Positions 54,185 to 54,251 of a stretch of 54,251 nucleotides of DNA are shown here, in pieces. The notes beneath the pieces were generated by a model. The model had not been told where the DNA came from and did no database searches. It saw only the letters and a list, made by a program, of their open reading frames with translations. The stretch is taken from positions 1 to 54,251 of the forward strand of contig JBDSKE010000003.1 of NCBI GenBank assembly GCA_039917105.1. The letters run 5' to 3'. Positions within the stretch are counted from its first letter, which is position 1; each line of letters opens with the position of its first letter. Position numbers and translations under genes: made by a program. The DNA is from Candidatus Eiseniibacteriota bacterium. GTDB taxonomy: Bacteria; Eisenbacteria; RBG-16-71-46.

Positions 54185-54251
54185 ATGCGCTTGTTGCTTT
54201 TGCTCGTCTTGGCCCCGTTCGTACTTGTCGTGCCCGCCGCGGGCATGGCTT
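54185..54251 (+). CDS. 5' fragment of a gene encoding a signal-peptide-like N-terminus (truncated by the window end)
   Basis: ATG 54185 gives MRLLLLLVLAPFVLVVPAAGMA. Only 22 codons are visible and there is no clear RBS. Confidence 0.3.
   Translation, partial: MRLLLLLVLAPFVLVVPAAGMA

Noticed and set aside
1-54251. CRISPR arrays, rRNA genes, transposases or integrases, prophage genes, toxin-antitoxin pairs
   Set aside because: No regularly spaced direct repeats were seen. No product shows DDE, tyrosine-recombinase or serine-recombinase motifs. Scanning was by eye only, so short or degenerate elements could have been missed.

Overview
This is a dense, high-GC bacterial chromosomal segment (roughly two-thirds G+C by eye, not computed) with about 40 protein-coding genes. 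I found no rRNA, tRNA, CRISPR array, transposase or integrase.

**Left third**
- A translationally coupled arginine operon: argR-argC-argB-argD-argG-argH(GNAT fusion)-argF plus a TrxR-like gene. Tandem AT-rich ARG boxes precede it.
- An M14 carboxypeptidase follows.
- Next is a polyphosphate-linked cluster: sixA, two thymidylate-kinase-like paralogues and a CHAD protein, with ppx/gppA convergent.

**Middle**
- A visibly lower-GC patch carries a Met-rich secreted protein and a lactonase-type propeller.
- FAD-Rieske, AIR-synthase-like, VOC and RidA genes follow.
- A ~12-kb minus-strand run then encodes exported or membrane proteins:
  - two amidohydrolases with mostly degenerate metal sites;
  - a secreted TPR-CHAT protease translationally coupled to a Tat-signal Mn-type SOD;
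  - a CPA2 antiporter and an LVIVD propeller.

**Right third**
- phoX, the class II RNR gene nrdJ, an orphan D12 adenine methyltransferase, cax and CDO-yeiH.
- An HD-GYP protein, a secreted EEP nuclease, a PEP-CTERM mini-protein, a GT39-like/TPR membrane protein and a LamG lipoprotein.

**Cross-cutting observations**
- Four secreted proteins share a FlgD-Ig/Por-tail-like module.
- The content suggests an uncultured Gemmatimonadota/Eisenbacteria-like lineage, but this is inference only.

**Best candidates for undescribed biology**
1. The sixA / Tmk-like pair / CHAD / ppx cluster.
2. The Tat-SOD / TPR-CHAT coupled pair.
3. The three-module amidohydrolase pair with a single intact metal site.

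All family calls rest on motifs read from the translations. No database search or computation was run.
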